A stretch of DNA of 64,000 bases from Phormidium sp. (GTDB taxonomy: Bacteria; Cyanobacteriota; Cyanobacteriia; Cyanobacteriales; Aerosakkonemataceae): contig CP143273.1 in assembly GCA_051013385.1 (NCBI GenBank), positions 1,824,001 to 1,888,000 on the forward strand. The letters are read 5' to 3'. The translations under genes were made by a program, and so were the position numbers. Within the stretch, counting starts at the first letter, position 1; each line of letters opens with the position of its first letter. Below the pieces are notes generated by a model that was not told the DNA's origin, made no database searches, and was given only the letters and a program-made list of their open reading frames with translations. Positions 28,964 through 38,712 of the stretch are shown here, piece after piece.

Positions 28964-29734
28964 TTAACGATGATAATTAGTTGCATTTACACTCAATTCT
29001 GGCATAGATGCTATAAAATTTGCTTTTCCCAAATAGCGAATTCCTTCGGGTTTAGTTTCAAAGCGATAAGCTAAAACCTCCACACCTTGCGCTACTGCTT
29101 CTCGTAACATTTTCCCATAAACCGGATCGACCAGATCTCCGGGGGCAAAACTGTCGCAGTCTCCCCTATTTATAAAATAAAGCATTACTGCCCGTCCTGT
29201 GGGTAAAATTGAGATTAATTCTTGTAAATGTTTTTGCCCTCTGGTGGTGACAGTATCGGGGAATACTGCTAATCTACCTTGCGACCAAGTGGTATTTTTT
29301 ACTTCCACATAAACAGGCACATTTGTCTCGCTTCCTGATAATAAAAAGTCAATGCGGCTTTTTTTATCTCGCCCATAAACTACTTCTGGTTTAATTTGTT
29401 TATAATCACTTAATTCCGGGAAAATTCCGGCTTCTAAACCGAGTTTAACAACTCGGTTAGGCAAGTTTGTATTAATTCCTACCCAAGTCGGTTCATTATC
29501 AGAAACTTGAATCATTTCCCAAGTATAAGCAAGTTTCCTAGTTGGACTTGGGTTATGAGAAACTTGTACCAGACTACCTGGAGTAGAAACCCCGGTCATT
29601 GGCCCTGTATTAGGACAATGTGCTGTAATTAATTCGCCTGTATCTAACTCTATATCAGCCAAAAATCGTTTATACCGTTTAATTAAAATACCCGACAAAA
29701 GAGGAGGGAATTGATAAATAAAATGAGAATTCAT
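28964..29734 (-). CDS. sfsA: DNA/RNA nuclease SfsA
   Basis: RYKRFLAD, AHCPNTGPM, VEVKN, FPDTVTTRGQKHL. Confidence 0.95.
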   Translation of the reverse strand: MNSHFIYQFPPLLSGILIKRYKRFLADIELDTGELITAHCPNTGPMTGVSTPGSLVQVSHNPSPTRKLAYTWEMIQVSDNEPTWVGINTNLPNRVVKLGLEAGIFPELSDYKQIKPEVVYGRDKKSRIDFLLSGSETNVPVYVEVKNTTWSQGRLAVFPDTVTTRGQKHLQELISILPTGRAVMLYFINRGDCDSFAPGDLVDPVYGKMLREAVAQGVEVLAYRFETKPEGIRYLGKANFIASMPELSVNATNYHR

Positions 29735-29740
29735 GCTGAT

Positions 29741-30925
29741 TTATTGTAATTTTAGAGATTGCATTCTTTTTTTCATTGCCTTAGCTGCTAAGGTGTAACC
29801 GCCATCTGCACCATCGACAAAGTGTACTTGGCGACCATTGCGTTCAAAGACTAGACAGGTAACTATGGCGCGATCGGAATTATGTAGTCCATAAACTAAC
29901 TCTCCTTGCTGATACTGAGTTTCTAGATACTTGGTTAATTGCTGCCTTTGTTCTGAGTTACCAGCAATAACCATACGCAGTATATCATCAAACTTTTTAT
30001 AATCTGTAGAATCTAAGAAAAGATTTTTATATTCTCCCCAATCCATGTCGCTAACTTTTAGCTTGAAGTTCATAAAAAATGCTCCTAAATAGTTTTCTAG
30101 TTTAATTTTGGATAAATACCATTGCTGTTGTAACCAATTACCTACTGGCGATCGCACTTTCGTTTCCAGCATCAGTTTTCTTTCATCAAAAGTCAGTTTC
30201 AGATTAGCTAGAGGAATCGGATGAAAGTCTGTTTCTTTACCATAAATTTCGCTAAATTTATTTAAAAGTTGCCTGTAAATACAATTAACTTCTTTCGGTT
30301 CACTACTTGTTGCTAATACCAAAATACTGACTATTTCACCATGCTGACTATGCACATCTTGCCAACGACATTCTAACCCAGAAAAATCTGCCTTTGGTTG
30401 ATATTCATGCTCTTTAACTAAATAAATAACCGCGTAATCTGGGTTTTTAACTAAATCTGTAGCATGAGTCAATCCATAACTATTAAAAACTGCTTGCTGA
30501 TAATTTTTCGAAACTTTTAATTTAGCAATTTTGATATCGTATCCATTTTTATTAACTACCGATACCGGGACGATTCCCACTCTTAAATCCAACTGAAATT
30601 CCTGCTTTGCCAAAATTTTAGTAGCTAATAAAGCTGCTTTAGCTTGGGGTAAAAGTGAAGGTGGAATTAACAACGAAGCACCATCCCCACCAAAGACAAA
30701 AGGCACCTCAAAATCTGTAGCAATATTTAAAATTGCCACAATGGAACAAGCGCCAATTAAGTTAACTTCTTTGTAACGTCCTGATTCGATCGCTTTTGTA
30801 GAACCAACAATATCTGTAACTATAACTTGCCAATCAGCAGGTACAGAAACATAATTTTTAGAATTAGTAATTTCCAGAAAATCTGCTAAAGCAGGTAACT
30901 CAGAATAAAAATAGTCCGTTGACAT
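29741..30925 (-). CDS. DUF3095 family protein
   Basis: TDIVGSTKAI, FVFGGDGA, GLECRW, HFVDGADGGY. Confidence 0.85.
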   Translation of the reverse strand: MSTDYFYSELPALADFLEITNSKNYVSVPADWQVIVTDIVGSTKAIESGRYKEVNLIGACSIVAILNIATDFEVPFVFGGDGASLLIPPSLLPQAKAALLATKILAKQEFQLDLRVGIVPVSVVNKNGYDIKIAKLKVSKNYQQAVFNSYGLTHATDLVKNPDYAVIYLVKEHEYQPKADFSGLECRWQDVHSQHGEIVSILVLATSSEPKEVNCIYRQLLNKFSEIYGKETDFHPIPLANLKLTFDERKLMLETKVRSPVGNWLQQQWYLSKIKLENYLGAFFMNFKLKVSDMDWGEYKNLFLDSTDYKKFDDILRMVIAGNSEQRQQLTKYLETQYQQGELVYGLHNSDRAIVTCLVFERNGRQVHFVDGADGGYTLAAKAMKKRMQSLKLQ

Positions 30926-30989
30926 ACTTTTCGGAATCGCCAGTTCGCGATTGAATAGGTAAGGTACGTTTAGTAATTCTTAAGAGTTT

Positions 30990-32627
30990 GTGTCTGCAAT
31001 CAAGAAACCCTCTCGAACTTTAGTTAGCATTGCCGGAATTGTAGCTGTAGCGACCCTGATTAGTAAAGTCTTTGGGTTAGTGCGTCAGCAAGCGATCGCC
31101 GCCGCCTTTGGAGTAGGCGCAGCTGCCAATGCTTACAGCTACGCCTACATTCTCCCAGGTTTTTTATTAGTATTGCTAGGTGGCATCAACGGCCCTTTTC
31201 ACAGTGCTTTGGTTAGCGTACTAGCGAAACGGGAAAAAGAAGAGGCTGCACCTATTGTAGAAACAATTACTACTTTTGTCAGTGGGCTTTTATTACTAGT
31301 TACGATCGCTTTAATTATTTTCGCTGAACCATTAATGGATTTAGTCGCACCCGGATTAAATCAAACCCAAGGAGTTACCGCAGCACAAGCACAGACACTT
31401 GCACTGACTAAAGCGATCGCCATTCAACAACTACAAATTATGGCACCGATGGCTTTATTTGCGGGTTTAATTGGCATTGGTTTTGCTACATTAAATTCCG
31501 CCGATCAGTATTGGTTGCCTTCAATTAGTCCCCTATTTTCCAGCATTACAGTAATTGGCGGATTAGCAGGTTTAGCCATAGTTTTAGGTGGCAAAATTAC
31601 CTCTCCTGAATATGCGATGTTAGGCGGAATAGTGTTAGCGATCGGCACATTAGCTGGAGCTATTTTACAATGGTTAGTGCAGATAATTGCTCAATGGCGA
31701 TCGGGTTTAGGAACCTTACGTTTGCGCTTTGATTTTCAAAATTCTGGAGTCAAAGAAGTGCTGAGAATTATGGCACCTGCAACCTTTTCTTCTGGGATGT
31801 TACATATTAACGTTTACACCGATTTATTCTTCGCTTCTTTCATCCCCCAAGCTGCTGCTAGTTTAAGCTATGCCGGACTTTTAGTGCAAACTCCATTAGG
31901 CATTATTTCCAACGTTTTATTAGTTCCCTTTCTCCCCATCTTTTCCCGACTTGCTGACCCTAAAGATTGGTCAGAATTAAAACAAAGAATTCGTCAAGCA
32001 TTAATTCTCACTGCCCTCACAATGTTACCATTAGGGGCAATCATGGTATCTCTAGCAATGCCGATCGTCCAAGTAGTTTATCAAAGAGGTGCATTTGATA
32101 AACAAGCCTCTCAACTAGTAGCATCGCTATTAATTGTTTACGGCATGGGAATGTTTTTCTACTTAGGGCGAGATGTCTTAGTGCGAGTATTTTACGCCTT
32201 GGGAGATGGAGATACACCCTTTAGAATTAGCATCTTTAATATCTTTCTCAACGCCCTCTTAGACTTCATTTTCTTTAAACCTTTTGGCGCACCAGGATTA
32301 GTCTTAGCCACAATGGGAGTTAACATCACTTCCATGATTTTTCTCACCTGGAGACTGCATCAGAAACTAAATGGTTTACCCGTGAAAAAATGGGCATTAA
32401 AAATTGGTGCTTTAGGTGGTGCTAGCGTCTTTACTGGCGTAATTTCTTGGGGTGTTAGTTGGAGTTTCCAAAGATTTATTCCCAACCAAAACTTGTTAAT
32501 TCAACTCTTAGAATTAGCGATCGCCGGATTAGTTGGTTTAGCAGTTTTTGCCTCCTTCGCCATTCAATTGAAATTGCCAGAAGTAGAGCTTTTAGTTCAT
32601 CGCATAAACCAGAAACTCGGTAGATAA
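30990..32627 (+). CDS. murJ: Lipid II flippase MurJ (MviN)
   Basis: SKVFGLVRQ, GGINGPFHSA, YQRGAFD, RVFYALGD; multi-TM. Confidence 0.95.
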   Translation: MSAIKKPSRTLVSIAGIVAVATLISKVFGLVRQQAIAAAFGVGAAANAYSYAYILPGFLLVLLGGINGPFHSALVSVLAKREKEEAAPIVETITTFVSGLLLLVTIALIIFAEPLMDLVAPGLNQTQGVTAAQAQTLALTKAIAIQQLQIMAPMALFAGLIGIGFATLNSADQYWLPSISPLFSSITVIGGLAGLAIVLGGKITSPEYAMLGGIVLAIGTLAGAILQWLVQIIAQWRSGLGTLRLRFDFQNSGVKEVLRIMAPATFSSGMLHINVYTDLFFASFIPQAAASLSYAGLLVQTPLGIISNVLLVPFLPIFSRLADPKDWSELKQRIRQALILTALTMLPLGAIMVSLAMPIVQVVYQRGAFDKQASQLVASLLIVYGMGMFFYLGRDVLVRVFYALGDGDTPFRISIFNIFLNALLDFIFFKPFGAPGLVLATMGVNITSMIFLTWRLHQKLNGLPVKKWALKIGALGGASVFTGVISWGVSWSFQRFIPNQNLLIQLLELAIAGLVGLAVFASFAIQLKLPEVELLVHRINQKLGR

Positions 32628-32700
32628 ACGAATTGGTAACTGGTCATTTGTCAAAAGGTCAGTTTAACTTTGATAATCAGAAGTTGCTAAATAGTAAACC

Positions 32701-32730
32701 ATGACCAATGACCAATGACCAATGACCAAT
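32701..32730. repeat. STRR2-type heptamer repeat (TGACCAA)n; also ~38575-38599
   Basis: atgaccaatgaccaatgaccaatgaccaat. Confidence 0.85.
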
Positions 32731-32733
32731 ATC

Positions 32734-33045
32734 CTACATATTGCGTTGGAATTCTTCCAAGATATCCATCAAATTTACTTGACTAGCAGTAGGAATCAAA
32801 TCTGCTAAAGGAAGATCGCGTTTACCACCAATTTTTACTGGAATATCCTCTAAAATTTGCAACACTTTGCTTTCATCTAAAGAGTTGCTTTCTAGCAGAG
32901 GATAGACTCGTTCAGCAACCAAAGTATGCAAATGTGCTTCCCGCAAATAGAGGTGCCATTTGGCAATATCGATATAGACATTATTGCCAATTTCAGCTGC
33001 GAGAGATTCGATCGCTTGTGAAGTATTTGTCTTAGCCATAATCAC
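32734..33045 (-). CDS. DUF3181 family protein
   Basis: LAAEIG..VYIDIAKWHLYL. Confidence 0.8.
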   Translation of the reverse strand: MIMAKTNTSQAIESLAAEIGNNVYIDIAKWHLYLREAHLHTLVAERVYPLLESNSLDESKVLQILEDIPVKIGGKRDLPLADLIPTASQVNLMDILEEFQRNM

Positions 33046-33138
33046 TTACTCTGGTAAAATTGCTCAGAAATCTAGTTTTATCCTATTAAATCAAACTCGA
33101 TTTAGCTGCAACATCCCTGAAAAGTCAGAGAAATTACC

Positions 33139-33423
33139 TTAACCGGAGGAGGATTTAGAAGCAGTTTCATCCGTTACAATTGTGGGTTGAGAGTAATTAG
33201 CGATCGCAAAAATATACAAAGCATGGGCAAACAAAATAGTCGCCCATCCGCCTGTCACCCAAACTGCCCAAGGCCAATCAGCTTTTTGGAAATTATGGAA
33301 AAACCATAACCCGGAATTACTTGCTGCAAAAATTGCTACATGAGTCGCAAAATTCATCCGGTCATCAAGTTTGCGGAAAGCGGGGTCTTTGCGATCGGGT
33401 TTTCGGGGCCAACGAGGAGGCAT
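33139..33423 (-). CDS. 2TM domain protein
   Basis: MPPRWPRKPDRKDP..DRMNFATHV; two TM segments. Confidence 0.85.
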   Translation of the reverse strand: MPPRWPRKPDRKDPAFRKLDDRMNFATHVAIFAASNSGLWFFHNFQKADWPWAVWVTGGWATILFAHALYIFAIANYSQPTIVTDETASKSSSG

Positions 33424-33461
33424 AAAATATTTCTAGTAAGTTGAACAGAGTTACTACTTAT

Positions 33462-34034
33462 CTAAATTGTAGGGTAAGACTGAATAATTCTTTTGATTGA
33501 ACTGATAAAATGATAAAAACTTCGGGAGCGCGTGTTTTCAATATTCAAGTAAGGTGCGATCGCTCTCGATCCGTTTATCTTCTGGTATTCAGGTACAAGC
33601 AATTTCAATTCTTTTGATGGACTCCCAATATCGTCGGGATTTCGGAATTTCTTTTCATTTTGCCGTGACGAAAGATTCGTTTTATTAAATGCTTTTTCCA
33701 CCGCCTCTAAATCAGCAAGATACCAGCTTTCCAGTTCATGGCAGGCAATACGGACAATTGCTTCAAACTTATTTGCTTCTTCGCATTTTTGTTTAAGTTT
33801 CGTTTTAATATCTTGGCAGTCGCCAGAATCTCGATCGCGCAAAATGATAAATGCTGCTTCAGGATTATTGTATCCTTTTAGTTTTCGTGTCATCTGCTTT
33901 TCCAGGTCTTGTTTACCTTCAAAAACTATATATCGAACAACTATATTTATTTCTTCCGCTATTATATTCGGTAAAATTCCTTCAATCATTACTTTTGCCG
34001 ATAGTTCTTCTAGTAAAAAAACAAGCTCTTTCAT
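33462..34034 (-). CDS. DUF4276 family (TOPRIM-like) protein
   Basis: FLLEE, RDRD, ELESWYLAD, YQK, SRSF; ATGA overlap with the ATPase. Confidence 0.85.
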   Translation of the reverse strand: MKELVFLLEELSAKVMIEGILPNIIAEEINIVVRYIVFEGKQDLEKQMTRKLKGYNNPEAAFIILRDRDSGDCQDIKTKLKQKCEEANKFEAIVRIACHELESWYLADLEAVEKAFNKTNLSSRQNEKKFRNPDDIGSPSKELKLLVPEYQKINGSRAIAPYLNIENTRSRSFYHFISSIKRIIQSYPTI

Positions 34035-35218
34035 AGCGGGTCAGCCCCCTCGAAAAATCCCTGCCGCCAGAGATAACCGAGTTTATCTCCATCATTCATA
34101 TAAGTTTTGATTTGTTCATCATCACTCGCTCGCTTGACAACTGTGTAGCCTCTTTCTTTTTGTAGCCAAAATACCTCTTCAAGTTCGCAACCATTTAAAA
34201 AATCAGGGGAATGAGTCGATACAAAAACTTGCCCTCCCTTGCGTGCATAATCCCTAAATTCTTCAGCAAGTTCGTTCAAAAGTTGAGGGTAAAGCTGGTT
34301 TTCTGGTTCTTCAACGCATAGCAATGGATGAGGTTTCGGATCGTATAAAAGCACTAAATAAGCAAACATCTTGATAGTTCCATCAGAGACATATCGCGCC
34401 AAAAAAGGATCTTGAAAATCGCCGTTTTTAAACCGAAGTAATACCCGCCCTTCTTCAGTAATTTTTGAATCAACTTCACTTATGCCTGGGACTCGCTGTT
34501 TCATTTTTTCAATAATTTTATGGAAAATATCAGGGTGTCTTTTATAGAGAAACTCTGTCACCATTGCTAAGTTTTCACCCTCTTTTGAGAGGTGTTCGGC
34601 ATAACCCGATTCCCTTTCCGGTCGAGCTTGATGAATGTGAAAATCGGAAATATGCCAGTTTTCAAGTAAATCACCAATCGCTTTACTTGCCGGAAATTTT
34701 TCAAATTGTGCTAAACCTTTCAATGCAAGGATATCTGGAGATTTTAACTCGTGGTCTTCTCGTTTTAATTCTTTTGAATCTATAACCCGATCGGGTTCAT
34801 TAATAACAGCCTGTCCCTTCCCTTTGGAAAAATCAAGAAACCGCCAAGGCTGACCTTTACTACCCCTTCGGTATTGGAGAATCTCTTTTTCTATGATAGG
34901 GCGACCATCCTCTTCGTTGATTTTTAAAGAATAGGTAACTAATGGCGATTTATCATCTTGACGAAACTTCAATTCAATTTCTATCGAGCCAGTTGAATTG
35001 CGACTTCTTACTTCCTGAAATCCTTTACCCCCTCCTAATTTGGTTAGGGCAACATGAACGTTATCAGTTAAAGCATCTTTGAGAAAACTGAATACATTAA
35101 AAAGTGTTGTTTTACCCGTGCCATTTGCACCTACAAAAACCCCCATTCTAGGAAGTTTTTTAATTTCAACTTCTCGGAATGCCTTAAAGTTTTTTAGCCG
35201 GATACTTTCTATTTTCAT
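34031..35218 (-). CDS. ABC-type (AAA_21) ATPase
   Basis: GANGTGKT, VSDGT, LLCVEEPEN, STHS. Confidence 0.92.
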   Translation of the reverse strand: MKIESIRLKNFKAFREVEIKKLPRMGVFVGANGTGKTTLFNVFSFLKDALTDNVHVALTKLGGGKGFQEVRSRNSTGSIEIELKFRQDDKSPLVTYSLKINEEDGRPIIEKEILQYRRGSKGQPWRFLDFSKGKGQAVINEPDRVIDSKELKREDHELKSPDILALKGLAQFEKFPASKAIGDLLENWHISDFHIHQARPERESGYAEHLSKEGENLAMVTEFLYKRHPDIFHKIIEKMKQRVPGISEVDSKITEEGRVLLRFKNGDFQDPFLARYVSDGTIKMFAYLVLLYDPKPHPLLCVEEPENQLYPQLLNELAEEFRDYARKGGQVFVSTHSPDFLNGCELEEVFWLQKERGYTVVKRASDDEQIKTYMNDGDKLGYLWRQGFFEGADPL

Positions 35219-35294
35219 AACTCACCATTTAACGCTATTAGCTCTGTACTTATATTATGAAATTATGGAGCAATCAAAGTTCTCAGAAATAGCA

Positions 35295-35465
35295 CTACTC
35301 AATCCCACTAGCCTGTAATTTCCTAGCCACTCTAATTTCAGCTAAACGTTTTTCATATTTTTGGTTGATCTCCAAAGTAAAATCAGCTAATTCCTTCATT
35401 TGGTGCTCAGTAATTTTAGCCAATTTCAGAAATTCTTTTAATTCCGCTAATTCAGTTTCAGTCAT
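35295..35465 (-). CDS. 56-aa small protein (paralog of 35469..35642)
   Basis: Hand translation MTETELAELKEFLKLAKITEHQMKELADFTLEINQKYEKRLAEIRVARKLQASGIE. Confidence 0.6.
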   Translation of the reverse strand: MTETELAELKEFLKLAKITEHQMKELADFTLEINQKYEKRLAEIRVARKLQASGIE

Positions 35466-35468
35466 GTC

Positions 35469-35642
35469 TTACTCAACCCCGCTAGCCTGTTGTTGCCTAG
35501 CCTCTCTAATTTCGCGCATCCGTTTTTGATATTTGAAAGCGATCGCAGTCGCCAATTCACTCATTTCTCTAGCTTTTATTTCAGCATCTTTAAATACTTC
35601 AAGCATTTCCAGTAATATTTTTTCATCAGGTAATTCTTTCAT
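35469..35642 (-). CDS. 57-aa small protein
   Basis: Hand translation MKELPDEKILLEMLEVFKDAEIKAREMSELATAIAFKYQKRMREIREARQQQASGVE; ATGA overlap with upstream gene. Confidence 0.6.
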   Translation of the reverse strand: MKELPDEKILLEMLEVFKDAEIKAREMSELATAIAFKYQKRMREIREARQQQASGVE

Positions 35643-35986
35643 GGTAATCCCCTTAAGAAATTAAGAATCTGTTCAACCCGGTTTTTTCCTTCTAGAACCC
35701 GACCCAGTAAAGTTCCTAGATCTTCTCCAGACTCCTGAATCGTACTTGTTGGCACATCAACTGGCGTGAGAGTTTCAACAATTATTTCGATCTGTCTTCG
35801 AGAAGTGTCTACAAAAAGTAGGAGTGCATTGAGATAAGCCAAATACTGAACGAGTATAACATTCTCAGGAAAGCTGGATATTACTCACATGAGGATATTT
35901 AACCCCTCAGTGGCTTCCTGCTCAATCTCATCTAACTCTCGGTTGAGTCGATCGATTAGTGCTTGAATTTCTGATGGAATAGGCAT
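35639..35986 (-). pseudogene. Helical hypothetical protein interrupted by an in-frame TGA
   Basis: MPIPSEIQALIDRLNRELDEIEQEATEGLNILM*VISSFPEN... continues in frame into the 35639..35842 ORF; stop at 35885-35887. Confidence 0.7.
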
Positions 35987-36038
35987 CTGAACTTAATTTT
36001 AGGGGCTGTTCTCAGAAGTTTGATTACTGCGATCGCTT

Positions 36039-36094
36039 AGTTTAAGGTAAGCGGGGTCTTTGCGATCGGGTTTGCGGAGCCAACGAGGAGGCAT
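36039..36094 (-). pseudogene. Truncated duplicate of the 2TM gene 5' end
   Basis: Encodes MPPRWLRKPDRKDPAYLKL; near-identical to 33368-33423. Confidence 0.85.
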
Positions 36095-36175
36095 AGAAAA
36101 TCTCTAAATAAATGGACAATTGATTTGTTTACCTTAATTTTAAAGTAATATTAATCCCTGATTGGAAACTTCCCC

Positions 36176-37009
36176 TTGGCATCGGACAACATTTGTAAAT
36201 ATCTCACCGAAAAGTACCCAGCACAATTTGTCCGTTGGTTACTTAACAAAGAACCTCAAAATATCCAAGTCCTGAAAACCGAATTAAGCGTCGAACCAAT
36301 TCGCGCCGACAGCCTAATTTTGTTACAAATTGACGAGCAAATACTGCACCTAGAATTTCAAACCTTACCCTACTCCCAACCCCCACTCCCATTTCGGATG
36401 CTGCAATATTGGGTAAGATTGCAAGCACAATTTTGGGGCAAAGAAATAGTACAAGTGGTAATTTTCCTCAAAGAAATCGCCTCCGATGCCGTGTTTACAG
36501 ACTTTTACCAAAGTACTAACATCAGGCATCAATATCGAGTGATTCGTCTGTGGGAACAAGAACCCACACCTTTCTTAGCACAGCCAGCACTTTTGCCGTT
36601 AGCTAGCCTAACTAGAAGTAATGAGCCTAACATTTTATTAGAGCAAGTTGCCAGCCAAATCGCTAGGATTGAAGAAATAGAACAGCGCCGTAATATTTCA
36701 GCCTGTGCTGAAGTTCTCGCTGGTTTACGATTTAATCAAGCTTTAATTCGTCAATTAATTAAAGGGGAATTTATGCGAGAATCTGTGATTTACCAAGAAA
36801 TCCTTCAAGAAGGTGTACAACAAGGAAAGAAACAAGGAGAATTAGCTTTAATAATGCGCCTCCTAAACCGTCGATTCGGTTCGATCGATCCCCAATTACA
36901 AGAAAACCTGGAAAAATTATCCATTTCTCAATTAGAAGAATTAGGTGAATTGTTGTTAGATTTCTCGACAATTTCCCAATTAACTGATTGGTTGGAACGC
37001 CAGGGATAA
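36176..37009 (+). CDS. Rpn family PD-(D/E)xK protein with DUF4351 tail
   Basis: DNICKYL, IRADSL, HLEFQT, RML.Y, QLEELGE.LLDF. Confidence 0.9.
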   Translation: MASDNICKYLTEKYPAQFVRWLLNKEPQNIQVLKTELSVEPIRADSLILLQIDEQILHLEFQTLPYSQPPLPFRMLQYWVRLQAQFWGKEIVQVVIFLKEIASDAVFTDFYQSTNIRHQYRVIRLWEQEPTPFLAQPALLPLASLTRSNEPNILLEQVASQIARIEEIEQRRNISACAEVLAGLRFNQALIRQLIKGEFMRESVIYQEILQEGVQQGKKQGELALIMRLLNRRFGSIDPQLQENLEKLSISQLEELGELLLDFSTISQLTDWLERQG

Positions 37010-37084
37010 TTAATTTAACCCTAAGAAACCGGGTTTAGTTAACGTGATAAAACCCGGTTTTTGTCATGGTAAGTACGATCGCCA

Positions 37085-37897
37085 TTACCTAGACTGACTC
37101 TCTGCTATTGACTGCACTTGTGCGATCGACAAATCCAACGCCTCTGCAATTTGTTCCACCGTCAAACCTAACGCTAATAACCTTGGTACAGCCTCTAATT
37201 TTGCTTCCTGTTTACCTTCCTGTTTACCCTCTTCCAAACCTTCCTGTTTAATTGATTGATACATCCTTGTTTGCCGAAATTCATCATCTATTAAACCCAA
37301 CATTTCTGCTAATTCCTCCCGACTTAACTGAGTAAGTTTGTACAACAAGATAGTTTCGATTAATTCTAATATTTCTCGCGTAGTGGCTGCATCTTCAATT
37401 TCCTCCCTTGTTTGCAAAATTAATCTTCTCGCCCGTTCAATAGCCGTTTCTTCCCTCTCAACTATTAATTGTACAATGCCAATTCCCAGCGATGTAGTTT
37501 CTCCCAATTCATTTAAGTAAATGCGCCTAACTCGCTGACTATCAATTAATTCTTGATAGGTTGCTAAGTCATCTGTCTCGACACTGCGATTAGGATAAAT
37601 TACAACCACACGCCATAAATTCACCGCCGGATTTTGCCGTAAATAAAGAAAGATTTCGGCGAATAAACGGCGATAAAATGTCCAATCTAATTGAAACTGA
37701 ACTTCTACAAAATAAACTGGTTGTCTAGCAGCATCGGATTTTGGCACAAAAACTCCATCCATCCGAAAAGCAGTTTGCTTGAGTTCCACAGAGGTAAATT
37801 CATAATTTCTCGCCTCGTTGTATTGGCGATCGATCAATTCAAAAAATATCCCCGGAAACTCTTGAAACAACCGATAAAAAAGCGTATCTGTTCTCAA
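37085..37897 (-). CDS. Rpn family (DUF2887) protein
   Basis: TDTLFYRLFQ, SVELKQTAFRMDGVF, FVEVQFQ, EGKQEGKQE tail. Confidence 0.9.
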   Translation of the reverse strand: MRTDTLFYRLFQEFPGIFFELIDRQYNEARNYEFTSVELKQTAFRMDGVFVPKSDAARQPVYFVEVQFQLDWTFYRRLFAEIFLYLRQNPAVNLWRVVVIYPNRSVETDDLATYQELIDSQRVRRIYLNELGETTSLGIGIVQLIVEREETAIERARRLILQTREEIEDAATTREILELIETILLYKLTQLSREELAEMLGLIDDEFRQTRMYQSIKQEGLEEGKQEGKQEAKLEAVPRLLALGLTVEQIAEALDLSIAQVQSIAESQSR

Positions 37898-37906
37898 TTT
37901 CTTACC

Positions 37907-38407
37907 TCAATCTGCCCTTTGATAATCTCCCGATTTTCCACCCGTCTTACTAATTAACCGAATCGCCTCTATTTGCATTGATTTTTCCAAAGCTTTCGCC
38001 ATATCATAAAGTGTTAACGCTGCCACAGAAACCGCAGTCAAAGCTTCCATTTCCACACCAGTTTCCGCCTTAGTTTTTACTCTTGCCCGAATTTGATATC
38101 CCGGCAATTCGGAATCTGCGGTAATCTGCACCTCCACCTTTTGCAAAGGTAAAGGATGACAAAGAGGAATTAAGTTAGAAGTCTGTTTCGCTGCCATAAT
38201 TCCCGCTATCCTCGCCGTTCCCAAAACATCTCCTTTGGGGGCATTTCCCGATTCAATTGCCTCCAAAGTCTGCGCTGACATCCGCACCTGCGCCGCTGCG
38301 ACAGCTTCTCTGACAGTGACTTGTTTGGCTGAAACGTCTACCATCCGGGCTTCCCCGCTTGCGTCCAAATGAGTTAAAGAAGAATTTTCGGAAAAGTCTT
38401 GCATCAT
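37907..38407 (-). CDS. moaC: Cyclic pyranopterin monophosphate synthase MoaC
   Basis: [36 protein letters not shown]. Confidence 0.97.
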   Translation of the reverse strand: MMQDFSENSSLTHLDASGEARMVDVSAKQVTVREAVAAAQVRMSAQTLEAIESGNAPKGDVLGTARIAGIMAAKQTSNLIPLCHPLPLQKVEVQITADSELPGYQIRARVKTKAETGVEMEALTAVSVAALTLYDMAKALEKSMQIEAIRLISKTGGKSGDYQRAD

Positions 38408-38451
38408 TTTGAAAACCTGTGTTACTATAAGATTCTGTGAGTCAAACACAA

Positions 38452-38525
38452 GGGCTTGTAGCTTAGCGGATTAGAGCGTGTGGCTACGGACCACAAGGTC
38501 GGGGGTTCGATCCCCTCCAAGCCCG
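38452..38525 (+). tRNA. tRNA-Arg(ACG)
   Basis: Cloverleaf: GGGCTTG/CAAGCCC acceptor stem, anticodon arm TGTGG-CTACGGA-CCACA, GGTTCGA T-loop. Confidence 0.97.
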
Positions 38526-38712
38526 TCTCTGAAGGATAAAGGATTAACTCCTTTATCCTTTATTTTTTCAGCTATTGGTCATTGGTCATTAGTCATTTGT
38601 AATAACCAATAATCAATGACTAATAGACATCTCCAGAAATTAAAGGTGCGTTACCACTGAACCCTTGTAGAGACGTTGTATACAACGTCTCTACAATTGA
38701 CTTGTAACAATA

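Noticed and set aside
38452..38525. tRNA-anchored genomic island at tRNA-Arg or tRNA-Ser
   Set aside because: No integrase and no duplicated tRNA 3' end seen in the window
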